Shown here: piece by piece, positions 53,148 through 63,067 of the stretch | Layout of the letters: every line of letters starts with the position of its first letter | How positions within the stretch are numbered: the stretch's first letter is position 1 | Origin: Candidatus Latescibacterota bacterium | Lineage (GTDB): Bacteria; Latescibacterota; UBA2968 | Assembly (NCBI GenBank): GCA_965222605.1 | Contig: OZ244960.1 | Coordinates: forward strand, 4,800,001-4,864,000 | Length of the DNA: 64,000 nucleotides | Direction: 5' to 3' | Program-made: the position numbers and the translations under genes | The notes under the pieces: model-generated | The model's input: the letters and a program-made list of their open reading frames with translations, nothing else | Told to the model about the DNA's origin: nothing | The model's database searches: none

Positions 53148-53276
53148 AACTTTTACTCCTTGTTTTATTTTCATTAATCGCGCATAATATACGTAAACTT
53201 GCCCGAAGTATCTGAGATTTTTTTTGTATTTTTTATGGGAAAATCGCGATAGAGTGTATCTTATATGAGGAGTATT

Positions 53277-53996
53277 ATGTCCAAAACAGCTATTATTACT
53301 GGCGCAGGCACTGGTATTGGTGCGAGCATTGCCATTGCATTTGCCGAAGCGGGCTATAATCTCGCGCTCGTGGGTCGGCGCATAGAACCTTTGGAAGAGA
53401 TAGCGCGGCAATGCGACACTGACAATATCGAGATTTGTGCTACCGATGTTGCCGACCGCCAGGCGGTTCAAGTGCTTGCCGAACAGACGGTCGCGGCTTT
53501 TGGGTGCATTGATATTTTGGTGAACAACGCGGGCATCAATACCAAAAAGCGCCACTTGGCTGATATTGCGGATGAAGACTGGGACCGCGTTATGGAGATC
53601 AATCTCACGGGTGCTTTTAATGCGTTTCGCGCTGTTTTGCCGCAAATGAAAGTGCAAAATGACGGTCTGGTTATCAATATCTCATCTATGGCTGGCAAAC
53701 GAGCGGGTATGATCAGTGGTGTGGCTTATAGCGCGTCCAAATTTGGCATGGCCGCGCTGAATCAATCGATCAATGTCGAGTTTCGAGAAGATGGCATTCG
53801 CGCCTGCTGTATTTATCCCGGCGAAGTCGATACACCTATCTTAGACCACCGCCCCAATCCCGTCTCAGATGAAAAACGCGCCGCCGCTCTTTTGCCCGAA
53901 GACATTGCCGCCGCCGCACTTATGGTCGCTCAGATGCCAGACCGCGTCATTGTCGAAGAAATTACCATTTTTCCACGCCGGGTGGTCGGGAGATAG
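53277..53996 (+). CDS. SDR-family oxidoreductase
   Basis: TGAGTGIG, NNAG, YSASK. Confidence 0.9.
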   Translation: MSKTAIITGAGTGIGASIAIAFAEAGYNLALVGRRIEPLEEIARQCDTDNIEICATDVADRQAVQVLAEQTVAAFGCIDILVNNAGINTKKRHLADIADEDWDRVMEINLTGAFNAFRAVLPQMKVQNDGLVINISSMAGKRAGMISGVAYSASKFGMAALNQSINVEFREDGIRACCIYPGEVDTPILDHRPNPVSDEKRAAALLPEDIAAAALMVAQMPDRVIVEEITIFPRRVVGR

Positions 53997-54053
53997 TATG
54001 TCCGTCGTATCTACTCATGTGCGTGCGTTAGAATCAGTAAGGAAAAAAATAAA

Positions 54054-55595
54054 ATGAAAACGGAAATCATTATCAATGTCGCTTCACACGAGTCGAGAAT
54101 TGCTATTCTCGAAGATGGCCGGCTCGCGGAAATTCTCGTTGAACGCGCTGAAAAAGAACGCATGGTTGGCGATATTTATCAGGGTGTTGTCACCGCTGTT
54201 CTGCCTGGCTTACAGGCCGGTTTTGTCGATATTGGGCAGGAAAAAGCGGCTTTTTTGCACGTTTCTGATATGCCTGGCTCGCCCGGCTCAATGGTCGAAC
54301 TCGACTCGGAAATCCTTGAAGACATCCGAGTTCAGGCCAATGGGCAGGGCAAATTCTCTATTGATGAGCTTTTGTCCAAAGGCCAGGAAATTATTGTGCA
54401 GATTAAAAAAGAGTCTATCAGTACAAAAGGGCCGCGCATTACTGCTGTGCCATCGCTTGCCGGTCGGTTTATGGTGCTTGTACCGGATGGGGATAAAGTG
54501 GGTGTGTCGCGCAAAATTACCAACTGGCGTGAAAAGCGGCGTCTTCGGGATATGGGGGGCAATATCAAGCCCGAGGGCTTTGGCCTTATTGTGCGTACCG
54601 AAGCCCGTGACAAGGGCGAGCGAGAACTCAGGCGCGACCTCAAGCAACTTTTGACAACGTGGAAACGACTTCAAAAACAGGGTAAGAAGAGCAGCGGTCC
54701 CAAATTGCTCCACAAAGAAATAGGCATGACGTCTGGCCTTATTCGCGATTTGTTCACTGAGGATGTTCACCGCCTGGTCATCGATTCGAAACGCGAATAC
54801 AAGCAAATTCAGACATATCTCAAAGGGGTCTCGCCAGAGTTGCGCCAGACCGTTGAATACTACGGCGATACGCGGCCGATTTTCGACGCTTTTGGTATTG
54901 AGGCAGAAATCGAAAAACTCGCCGAACGCAGAGTCTGGTTCAAAGGTGGTGGTTATCTGGTTATTGATCCGACAGAAGCTCTGGTTGCCATTGATATCAA
55001 CAGTGGACGCAGTGTGGGTAAAGGGCGTGCCAACCAGGATGAAACCATGCTCAAGACCAATTTGGAGGCCGCCCGAGAAGTTGCTCGCCAACTTCGCTTG
55101 CGCGATATGGGCGGGCTTGTGGTTGTCGATTTTATCGATATGAACCACGCGCGAGATCGCAAGCGCGTCGAAGAAGAAATGCGCCAGGCCATTCGCCGAG
55201 ATCGGTCCAAAATTCGGTATTCGCGCATTACGGAGTTTGGTCTCATGGAGATGACCCGCCAGCGGGTGCGTCCCAGTTTGATGGCCACTTATTCTGCGCC
55301 CTGCCCGCAATGCCATGGCACGGGACATATTCCGAGCCAGGAAACCGTGCTGTCGAGCATCGAACGCTGGCTCAAACGCTCTCGCGCCGCCGCGCTCGAA
55401 CGACGGCTTACCGTTCAGGTTCACCCCACACTCGGGTTTTATTTACTCGAAAATCGCCGGGAACGCCTGAAAGCTATTCGCAAATCTACTCGGGTTTGGC
55501 TCGATGTTGAATCATCTCCGGATTTGACCGAAGAAGATTATCGCATTTTTTCCAGAAAACGGAAGATCGATGTGACAAATGAAGTTCAAACTTGA
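54054..55595 (+). CDS. Rne/Rng family ribonuclease
   Basis: S1 domain, IDINSG, RLRDMGGLVVVDFIDM, CPQCHGTG. Confidence 0.93.
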   Translation: MKTEIIINVASHESRIAILEDGRLAEILVERAEKERMVGDIYQGVVTAVLPGLQAGFVDIGQEKAAFLHVSDMPGSPGSMVELDSEILEDIRVQANGQGKFSIDELLSKGQEIIVQIKKESISTKGPRITAVPSLAGRFMVLVPDGDKVGVSRKITNWREKRRLRDMGGNIKPEGFGLIVRTEARDKGERELRRDLKQLLTTWKRLQKQGKKSSGPKLLHKEIGMTSGLIRDLFTEDVHRLVIDSKREYKQIQTYLKGVSPELRQTVEYYGDTRPIFDAFGIEAEIEKLAERRVWFKGGGYLVIDPTEALVAIDINSGRSVGKGRANQDETMLKTNLEAAREVARQLRLRDMGGLVVVDFIDMNHARDRKRVEEEMRQAIRRDRSKIRYSRITEFGLMEMTRQRVRPSLMATYSAPCPQCHGTGHIPSQETVLSSIERWLKRSRAAALERRLTVQVHPTLGFYLLENRRERLKAIRKSTRVWLDVESSPDLTEEDYRIFSRKRKIDVTNEVQT

Positions 55596-55620
55596 CATAA
55601 AGTGATACTTCGGATAAATT
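55592..55620 (+). promoter_or_regulatory. sigma70-like promoter for rplU-rpmA
   Basis: TTGACA-N17-TAAATT. Confidence 0.7.
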
Positions 55621-55721
55621 CGACTCTCTTTGGGTTTTCCGATCCACGCTGGGTCGGGAAGTCTGTTTGTAAATGGCAAAAGTTGGAACTTGGGACTGAA
55701 ACTGTTTCTGGAGGTTTAAGT

Positions 55722-56033
55722 ATGTATGCAGTAGTCGATATCGCTGGCAGCCAATACAAGGTGCAAGAGGGCGATCATATCCGCGTGGCCCGGATCGATG
55801 CCGAGGAGGGGGCTTCTCTCACTTTGCCCCATGTGTTGCTCGTAGGTGGCAGCGATGAAATCAAAGTGGGTACGCCTCAAGTTGAAGGGGCTGCTGTCGA
55901 AGCTCTTGTCAAAGGACATGGTCGGGCAGATAAAATCACGGTTTTTAAGATGAAGCGCCGCAAGACTTACCGCCGCAAAAATGGGCATCGGCAATCTTAT
56001 ACCGAACTTCAGATTGAAAAAATTGTAGCGTGA
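55722..56033 (+). CDS. rplU: 50S ribosomal protein L21
   Basis: MYAVV..GSQYKV, GHRQ; GGAGG RBS. Confidence 0.97.
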   Translation: MYAVVDIAGSQYKVQEGDHIRVARIDAEEGASLTLPHVLLVGGSDEIKVGTPQVEGAAVEALVKGHGRADKITVFKMKRRKTYRRKNGHRQSYTELQIEKIVA

Positions 56034-56057
56034 GAGCTAGAATCAAGGAGGCTTTTC

Positions 56058-56309
56058 ATGGCACACAAAAAAGGTGTTGGTAGCTCGAGAAATGGCAGGG
56101 ATAGTCAAGGAAGACGCCTGGGTGTAAAATCCTATGGCGGCCAAAATGTCTCTGCGGGTACAATTATTATGCGCCAGCGCGGCACAAAAGTCCATCCTGG
56201 CAATAATGTTGGCAGGGGTAGAGACGATACGTTGTATTCGCTCATTGATGGGCGTGTCCAATTTGAGCACCTCGGCAAGAAGCGCAAAAAAGTCAGTGTT
56301 TACGCGTAA
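56058..56309 (+). CDS. rpmA: 50S ribosomal protein L27
   Basis: [16 protein letters not shown]. Confidence 0.98.
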   Translation: MAHKKGVGSSRNGRDSQGRRLGVKSYGGQNVSAGTIIMRQRGTKVHPGNNVGRGRDDTLYSLIDGRVQFEHLGKKRKKVSVYA

Positions 56310-56326
56310 GAGGCGAGAGGCGTGAG

Positions 56327-57253
56327 GTGAACAAAATTGGGATTGTTGGTGCTGGCAATGTGGGGGCGACTTCTGCACAGCGCATTGCCGAGAGAGAGTT
56401 GGCCCGCGAGGTTGTGCTTCTCGATGTGGCTGAGGGTATTCCGCAGGGCAAGGGCCTCGATATGGCGGAATCTGCACCTGTCGAGCGTTTTGATACCCGC
56501 CTGATTGGCACCAATGACCCCAGCGTGCTTTCGGGATGTGATCTCGTGGTGATTACCGCTGGGATTGCGCGCAAGCCCGGCATGAGCCGCGATGATTTGC
56601 AGGCGACCAATGCCGATATTGTCGGTACGGTTTCCGAAGGGGTGCGGGATGTGGCTCCTCAGGCTATTGTTGTCGTGGTCTCGAATCCGCTCGATGTGAT
56701 GACGTATGTGGCGTTGAAAAAAACCGGCTTTCCTCCGCATCGCGTGGTTGGGATGGCCGGTATTCTCGATTCTGCGCGTTTTCGCTTTTTTGTTGCCGAG
56801 GCGCTCGATGTTTCTGTTGAAGATGTGACGGCTTTTGTGCTGGGCGGACACGGGGATTCTATGGTTCCCCTGCCTCGCTATTCTTCTGTTGCGGGGATTC
56901 CTCTGACCGAATTGCTCGATGGGTCCACCATTGATGCGATTGTGCAGCGGACGCGGGATGGCGGCGCGGAGATTGTGGGACATCTCAAAACGGGGAGTGC
57001 GTATTATGCGCCGGCTTCGGCGGTTGCCGAAATGACCACGGCGATTGTGCGCGATAAAAAACGCATTTTGCCCTGTGCGGCGTATCTCACCGGGCAATAC
57101 GGTATCCACGATCTGTTTGTCGGTGTGCCCATCAAGCTCGGCGCCAAAGGCGTTGAGAGCATTATCGAAATTGGCCTGACCCCAGAAGAAACCGCTGCCC
57201 TGCAAAAATCTGCCGATGAGGTGCGAGAAAATATTGCGAAACTTGAGTTGTGA
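56327..57253 (+). CDS. mdh: Malate dehydrogenase (LDH-like)
   Basis: [32 protein letters not shown]. Confidence 0.95.
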   Translation: MNKIGIVGAGNVGATSAQRIAERELAREVVLLDVAEGIPQGKGLDMAESAPVERFDTRLIGTNDPSVLSGCDLVVITAGIARKPGMSRDDLQATNADIVGTVSEGVRDVAPQAIVVVVSNPLDVMTYVALKKTGFPPHRVVGMAGILDSARFRFFVAEALDVSVEDVTAFVLGGHGDSMVPLPRYSSVAGIPLTELLDGSTIDAIVQRTRDGGAEIVGHLKTGSAYYAPASAVAEMTTAIVRDKKRILPCAAYLTGQYGIHDLFVGVPIKLGAKGVESIIEIGLTPEETAALQKSADEVRENIAKLEL

Positions 57254-57289
57254 GAGTTGACAGAATAAAATAAAAACGGTTTCTTAATC

Positions 57290-57334
57290 AGCCCGTTCAA
57301 TCCCCCAAATAGAAGGGTAGTTGGACGGGCTTTT
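57290..57334 (+). terminator. Hairpin after mdh
   Basis: AGCCCGTTCAA...TTGGACGGGCT followed by TTT. Confidence 0.5.
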
Positions 57335-57366
57335 ATCTTATGAGCAAAAAATGAGAGGACGATCAA

Positions 57367-59502
57367 ATGCAAGATAGCCAGGTCAATCGCATTCCCAACT
57401 TTATCTGGGGCATTGCCGACGATGTGTTGCGCGATCTGTATGTGCGGGGCAAGTACCGCGATATTATTCTGCCGATGACGGTGATTCGGCGGCTGGACGC
57501 GGCGCTTGAGCCGACCAAGCAGGCTGTTCTCGCTATGCAAGCCAGGCTCGACGCTGATGGCGTTGTTGAACAGGAAGCCGCCCTGAAGCAAGCTGCTGGG
57601 CACGCTTTTTACAACGCATCTCCATTCACTTTGCGCGATCTTCGTTCCCGCGCCAACCGACAGCAGCTGCGCGCTGATTTTGAGGCGTACCTGGATGGAT
57701 TTTCGTCCAATGTGCAGGATATTCTGAAGAATTTCGAGTTTCGCAACCAGATTCCGCGTTTGTCCGATGCCGATGCTCTGGGCGCGCTGATTGAAAAATT
57801 TCTGTCGCCGGATATCAATCTCAGTCCCTATCCGGTTGAGAATGGCGATGGCTCTGTGCGATTTTCCGGTCTGGACAATCACGCGATGGGTACTATTTTT
57901 GAGGAATTGGTGCGGCGGTTTAACGAGGAGAATAACGAGGAGGCCGGCGAACACTGGACGCCACGCGACGCTGTCAAGCTGATGGCGAGTCTGATTTTTC
58001 TTCCGGTTGCCGACGAGATTGAGTCGAGTACCTATTTGCTCTACGATGGTGCTTGCGGTACGGGTGGCATGCTAACTGTCGCAGAGGAGACGCTTCGAGA
58101 TCTCGCCCAGGCGCGTGGCAAGCAGGTTTCTACGCATCTTTACGGTCAGGAGATCAATGCCGAGACTTATGCTATTTGCAAGGCGGATCTGCTGCTGAAG
58201 GGCGAGGGCAGCGCGGCGGATAATATTATCGGCGGACCGGAATATTCGACGCTTTCAAACGATGCTTTCCCATCCCACAAGTTTGATTTTATGCTCAGCA
58301 ATCCGCCTTATGGCAAGAGTTGGAAGAATGATCTGGCTCGCCTGGGGGGTAAGAGTGGCTTATCCGATCCGCGCTTTCTCATCGTTCACGATAGCGACCC
58401 GGAGTATTCTCTGCTCACCCGCTCCAGCGATGGGCAGATGTTGTTCCTCGCCAATATGCTTTCGAAGATGAAGCGCGGTACCAGTCTGGGTAGCCGTATC
58501 GCCGAGGTCCACAATGGGAGTTCTCTGTTCACTGGCGACGCCGGGCAGGGCGAGAGCAATATCCGCCGCTGGATTATCGAGAATGACTATCTGGAGGCGA
58601 TTGTCGCGCTGCCGCTCAATATGTTCTACAATACCGGTATTGCCACGTATATCTGGGTGCTGACCAACCGCAAGCCAGCGCATCGGCAGGGTAAGGTGCA
58701 ACTTATTGATGCGACCGAGTGGTACAGCTCCCTGCGTAAGAATCTGGGTGCTAAGAACTGTGAGTTGTCCAATGATGACATCCGCCGCATTTGCGACGCT
58801 TTTCTCTCGTTTGAGGAGACGGAGCAGTCGAAGATTTTTCCCAATAAGGCTTTCGGCTACTATAAGGTGACGGTTGAACGACCGCTGAGGCTCGCTGTCG
58901 ATCTGTCGCCAGAGCACCGCGTGAGATTTCGGGATGTCTGCGGTGAAGCAAAGGAAGAACCGCTCGCCGATGTGGTTGATGGGGTAGCGGAGACTATCGG
59001 CAACGGTTCCCATCTCGATTTCAACAGTTTTATAGATGCGGTCGCCGCAGAGGCTTCTGAGCAGGGCGTCAAGCTGATCGCCAAGCGAAAGAAGCTGTTG
59101 CAAACGTCGCTGGCATTTCGGGATGAAGCTGCCGAACCGATTATTAAGAAGGTGCATAAACTCGGGAAGATGGAGCCAGACCCGATTCGCGGTCTGGTAG
59201 AGGCAACTGTGAACGGTCAGAGCGTTGTCGTTGAATATGAGCCAGATAGTGAGTTGCGCGATACCGAACAGGTGCCCCTGCTCGACGAGGGCGGTATTGA
59301 GGGTTTCTTGAGACACGAGGTATTGCCTTATGCTCCGGATGCATGGTACGTTTCGACGAGTGTTAAAATCGGCTATGAGATCAGCTTTACCCGCCACTTC
59401 TACAAGCCACAACCCATGCGTTCGCGAGAAGAAATCCGTGCTGATATAATGGTGCTGGAGCGGGAGAGTGAAGGGGTGTTGGCGGAGATTATTGGGGAGT
59501 AA
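57367..59502 (+). CDS. hsdM: Type I RM methyltransferase subunit
   Basis: FIWGIADD, AGEHWTPR, YDGACGTGGML, SNPPY, MFYNTGI, KIGYEISF. Confidence 0.95.
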   Translation: MQDSQVNRIPNFIWGIADDVLRDLYVRGKYRDIILPMTVIRRLDAALEPTKQAVLAMQARLDADGVVEQEAALKQAAGHAFYNASPFTLRDLRSRANRQQLRADFEAYLDGFSSNVQDILKNFEFRNQIPRLSDADALGALIEKFLSPDINLSPYPVENGDGSVRFSGLDNHAMGTIFEELVRRFNEENNEEAGEHWTPRDAVKLMASLIFLPVADEIESSTYLLYDGACGTGGMLTVAEETLRDLAQARGKQVSTHLYGQEINAETYAICKADLLLKGEGSAADNIIGGPEYSTLSNDAFPSHKFDFMLSNPPYGKSWKNDLARLGGKSGLSDPRFLIVHDSDPEYSLLTRSSDGQMLFLANMLSKMKRGTSLGSRIAEVHNGSSLFTGDAGQGESNIRRWIIENDYLEAIVALPLNMFYNTGIATYIWVLTNRKPAHRQGKVQLIDATEWYSSLRKNLGAKNCELSNDDIRRICDAFLSFEETEQSKIFPNKAFGYYKVTVERPLRLAVDLSPEHRVRFRDVCGEAKEEPLADVVDGVAETIGNGSHLDFNSFIDAVAAEASEQGVKLIAKRKKLLQTSLAFRDEAAEPIIKKVHKLGKMEPDPIRGLVEATVNGQSVVVEYEPDSELRDTEQVPLLDEGGIEGFLRHEVLPYAPDAWYVSTSVKIGYEISFTRHFYKPQPMRSREEIRADIMVLERESEGVLAEIIGE

Positions 59503-59548
59503 ACCCACAGCAAATGCAATGTCCTGCCCAAAACATGTAGGGGTGTGC

Positions 59549-59577
59549 TTGAATATACGCATAAAGTTAGCTATACT
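59549..59577 (+). promoter_or_regulatory. sigma70-like promoter downstream of hsdM
   Basis: TTGAAT-N17-TATACT. Confidence 0.6.
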
Positions 59578-59652
59578 AAATGCAGCATTAAATTGAACTC
59601 TGATGTGTACAATAACGTCATGTGTGACTTCAGGATCAGTGGTCAGTTGCAC

Positions 59653-59687
59653 TGTCATTCTGAGCGGAGCGTAGCGGAGTCGAAGGA
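59653..59687 (+). repeat. REP-like half-element inside the IS left end
   Basis: TGTCATTCTGAGCGGAGCGTAGCGGAGTCGAAGGA resembles TGTC/CGTC-type extragenic repeats. Confidence 0.45.
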
Positions 59688-59799
59688 GCGGTGATTGCTA
59701 TAATAAAGGGTAAAGAAAAAAGTTGAGTAAACAGGCCATAGTTGCCAAATTCGAAGATTGCAAAAAAACCATTTAATTATCTTCTTCGAGGAGGCAACC

Positions 59800-61068
59800 A
59801 TGGCCAAGCATCACAAGCAAATCGAGTATGTAGAACCCAACACCTTGATCGTTGGCATTGATATCGGTAAATCGGTTCACTTCGTCAAGATGATGTTAGA
59901 AGGCAGGCAGATCGCCGCATTCAAACTCTACAATGAAGGTATGTCCTTTATGTCATTGCTCGACAAAATCCGACAGGTTGAAAAGCACCATCAGTGTGCG
60001 GCAACCCTGATTGGTATGGAACCTACTGGACATTATTGGTTGCCGTTGGCCTACTTTCTGCGGGCTCATAAACAGCCCTTCGTCCTGATTCAGCCTTCCC
60101 ATGTGCGCTGGTCGAAAGAGATGGGGGACAACAGTCCCTTAAAAACAGACGACAAGGATGCTGGTGTCATCGCTGAACTGGTACGCCAGGGCAAGTCTCA
60201 CAGGGCCTATCTGCCTGAAGGGGTCTATGCCGATTTGCGTGCCTTGACAGCGATGCGCTATGAAAAGAAAGATCAAATCACAGCGGCTAAAAACGTGCTT
60301 CATCGTATCCTGGATGTCCTCTTTCCTGAGTTTGTGTCCCTCTTCAGCGATATAACAGGCAAAACCGCACAACAGATCCTCAACGTAGCACCTACGCCTT
60401 TGCAGATACAAGCCCTTGGCATTGATGAACTTACTCTCCTGATCCAAAAGGCATCAAATCGTCGCCTCTCCAAAGCCAAAGCACAGGCCGTCCTTGAAGC
60501 GGCTTCCACCTCCATTGGCGTGAACCAGGCCATAGACAGTATCTGCCTCGAACTGATGCAAACCCTCTGCTTAATGGATCTGCTTAAAACCCAACTGCAA
60601 GAAATCGAAACCCAAATGAACGAACACCTACAACATATACCCCAAGCAGGATATATGTGCTCAATCCCTGGACTGGGACCAATCAGTGTGGCATCTATAC
60701 TCGGCGAAACAGGCCCCTTTGAGGCTTATCAAGCACCTGAACAACTCATCAAACTGGCTGGCTTAAACCTCTTTGAAATCTCTTCAGGATATAAAAAGGG
60801 CACACGAAGAATCGCCAAAAGGGGACGCGCAAGACTTAGACGCATCCTCTATACAGCGGTCTTTCCTCTCATCTTCCATAATCCCATCTTCAAGGAGGCC
60901 TATCACCGATTTAAAGGGGCAGGAAAACCCACACAAAAAGCCATTATTGCCCTTTGCTCTAAACTCTTACGCATCCTCTTCGCGCTGGTCAATAAACAAG
61001 AAACTTTCAACATAAACTGCAACACCAAAAAGGAAAAGGTAGTATCTCAAGTAAAAAAAGCAGCTTAA
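59800..61068 (+). CDS. IS110-family DEDD recombinase/transposase
   Basis: GIDIG, MEPTG, KTDDKDA (DEDD), SIPGLG, ISSG serine motif; GAGGAG RBS. Confidence 0.95.
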   Translation: MAKHHKQIEYVEPNTLIVGIDIGKSVHFVKMMLEGRQIAAFKLYNEGMSFMSLLDKIRQVEKHHQCAATLIGMEPTGHYWLPLAYFLRAHKQPFVLIQPSHVRWSKEMGDNSPLKTDDKDAGVIAELVRQGKSHRAYLPEGVYADLRALTAMRYEKKDQITAAKNVLHRILDVLFPEFVSLFSDITGKTAQQILNVAPTPLQIQALGIDELTLLIQKASNRRLSKAKAQAVLEAASTSIGVNQAIDSICLELMQTLCLMDLLKTQLQEIETQMNEHLQHIPQAGYMCSIPGLGPISVASILGETGPFEAYQAPEQLIKLAGLNLFEISSGYKKGTRRIAKRGRARLRRILYTAVFPLIFHNPIFKEAYHRFKGAGKPTQKAIIALCSKLLRILFALVNKQETFNINCNTKKEKVVSQVKKAA

Positions 61069-61421
61069 GCTCCTGGGATGAGCAGGATAGAACGAAGTTG
61101 TACATACGGGCTTTGACCCTGAAGCGGTGACCTATTCGCCTGCCTTCTCAGGAGCTTGAATGAAGCAATTTAAGGGCACTGACCCTGAATGACATACCTG
61201 TGTAAAGCCCTGAGATATATCTGGCAGGAATACCTGCTCGCGCTCGAATTTGGCACTTTTTCTACTTGACTTTCTTATACCTGTACAACTGCGATAGCAG
61301 TTTATCTGTTGCCTGAACGATATGCATGGGTAAAGATGCTTCGTCAGCCTATCGGGTGTTGGGCGCAGGAGATTCATTGCGCCCGCCTCAGCATGACATA
61401 GCGTAGTAGCACATTCAATTT
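61069..61421 (+). ncRNA. Putative bridge/seek RNA region
   Basis: About 350-nt non-coding right end with several complementary segments and a twice-repeated TGACCCTGAA motif; position typical of IS1111 guide RNAs. Confidence 0.55.
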
Positions 61422-61524
61422 TGAAGTCACACATCATGTGTACAATAATATTTCGGGACAATATTGAAGATTGAGTGGACGAAGCAATCTCAATTCGAAA
61501 CCAGTATCCGAATGGCGCAGTACC

Positions 61525-61977
61525 ATGACCGAAAACAGGACACAGTTTGACGAGGAGTCATCCGCAGTCCACGCTCATCTTTCCATCATGCAGGGCGTAA
61601 TCCAGCGGATGGCGGAGAATAGTCGTTACTGCAAGACCTGGTGCATCATAATAGTCTCGGCTGTCCTCATTTTCGTAGCGTGGGTAGAGAAGCCTGACTA
61701 CATACTGATCGCTCTGGTTCCGACGGTCCTATTCCTATTTCTCGACACGTACTATTTGGCTCTGGAACGCGGCTTCAGAGCATCTTATGAAATATTTGTT
61801 GAGAAGTTACATGTAGCCGATGAAGACATATCTTCGGACCTTTATGTTGTGAGGCTGACCGGTTCAATCCGAAGTCATTTCTTGCGAAGTCTGTTATCCC
61901 CTGCAATTTGGCCCTTCTATCTCATGCTATTCCTCATGATAGGAATACTGTTCTTTTGGCTAGCAAGATGCGCGTGA
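61525..61977 (+). CDS. Small multi-pass membrane protein (HLxxxQxxIxRMAxNS..K.W..LD.YYL..ER.FR..Y family)
   Basis: Three hydrophobic helices; motif pattern I associate with membrane proteins found near TIR genes. Confidence 0.6.
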   Translation: MTENRTQFDEESSAVHAHLSIMQGVIQRMAENSRYCKTWCIIIVSAVLIFVAWVEKPDYILIALVPTVLFLFLDTYYLALERGFRASYEIFVEKLHVADEDISSDLYVVRLTGSIRSHFLRSLLSPAIWPFYLMLFLMIGILFFWLARCA

Positions 61978-61999
61978 GACCGTCACGAGGAGAATAACA

Positions 62000-62308
62000 A
62001 TGGCAATGAAATCTTTAGACCAACATATCGAGATTACCCCCGGTATATGCAGCGGCAAGCCGCGTATTGCCGGCCATCGCATTACCGTGGCGCACATCGC
62101 CATCTGGCATGAACGCATGGGCAAATGTGCAGATGAAATCGCCACAGAATACGATTTGACACTGGCCGATGTGTATGCAGCATTGGCCTACTATTTTGAT
62201 CACCGCGAGGAGATTGACCAATCGATTCAAGAGAGTGAAGAATTTGTGAAGGCCTTCCGCCAACAGACCTTCTCAAAGCTGGCTGAAAAGCTGCAAGAAA
62301 AGAGATAA
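62000..62308 (+). CDS. DUF433 antitoxin-like protein, copy 1
   Basis: ITPGICSGKPRIAGHRITV, LADVYAALAYY. Confidence 0.88.
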   Translation: MAMKSLDQHIEITPGICSGKPRIAGHRITVAHIAIWHERMGKCADEIATEYDLTLADVYAALAYYFDHREEIDQSIQESEEFVKAFRQQTFSKLAEKLQEKR

Positions 62309-62309
62309 T

Positions 62310-62648
62310 GTGGCGAAGATTAAATTCTACACGGATGAGCATATCTCAAACTCTGTGGGGATGGGGCTTCGCCAAAGGGGCGTGGATGTATTGACTGTTC
62401 CAGAAGCGGGAATGCGGGGCGCATCTGACGAAGATCATTTGAGAAAGGCGTGGGAAGAAGGGCGCGTATTCTTTACGCAAGATGATGATTTTCTCCGCTT
62501 GGCAGCAGCAAGTGTAGATCATGCTGGAATTGTTTACGCAACTCAAGCATATACGATTGGCACAATTATCTCTGGTTTAATGTTAATCCATGAGGTATTG
62601 GAAGCGGACGAGATGATCGGTCATGTAGAGTATCTCATCAGAATATGA
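62310..62648 (+). CDS. DUF5615 PIN-like toxin (VapC45-like)
   Basis: FYTDEH, GASDE, TQDDDF, HAGI. Confidence 0.85.
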   Translation: MAKIKFYTDEHISNSVGMGLRQRGVDVLTVPEAGMRGASDEDHLRKAWEEGRVFFTQDDDFLRLAAASVDHAGIVYATQAYTIGTIISGLMLIHEVLEADEMIGHVEYLIRI

Positions 62649-62758
62649 TAGTATGACTGACCTCAGTGGAACCGCGAGACAACTAACGCATCTGGTGGCA
62701 CTATTCGGCTGGCTTCCTGTTGACACGGACAAAACCCGACGGAGGAATTGAGATAGCA

Positions 62759-63067
62759 ATGAAATCTTTAGATCAACATATTGAGATTACCCCCGGTATA
62801 TGCAGCGGAAAGCCTCGTATTGCTGGCCATCGAATTACTGTGGCAAATATTGTCATCTGGCATGAGTACATGGGCAAATGTGCAGATGAAATCGCTACGG
62901 AATACGATTTGACACTGGCCGATGTGTATGCGGCGTTGGCCTACTATTTCGATCACCTCGATGAGATCAATCAATCGATTGAAGAGAGTAAAGAATTTGT
63001 GAGGACCTTACGCCAACGAACCTTTTCAAAGCTCGCTGAAAAGCTTCAAGAAAAGAGAGGTACCTGA
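62759..63067 (+). CDS. DUF433 antitoxin-like protein, copy 2
   Basis: Near-identical paralogue of 62000-62308. Confidence 0.88.
   Translation: MKSLDQHIEITPGICSGKPRIAGHRITVANIVIWHEYMGKCADEIATEYDLTLADVYAALAYYFDHLDEINQSIEESKEFVRTLRQRTFSKLAEKLQEKRGT

Larger units (their letters stand above)
59603..61448 (+). mobile_element. IS110-family, IS1111-type insertion sequence
   Basis: Sub-terminal IRs ATGTGTGACTTCA (59620-59632) and TGAAGTCACACAT (61422-61434); flanking direct repeat ATGTGTACAATAA at 59603-59615 and 61436-61448. Confidence 0.88.

Noticed and set aside
53148-53657. 577-aa MoeA with a long N-terminal extension
   Set aside because: The extension is the antisense of the SDR gene; an RBS lies before the ATG at 53147.
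58360-59658. 432-aa antisense ORF (likewise 57004-57954, 54288-55424, 31033-31857, 643-1548)
   Set aside because: Antisense shadows of well-supported genes with no recognisable motifs.
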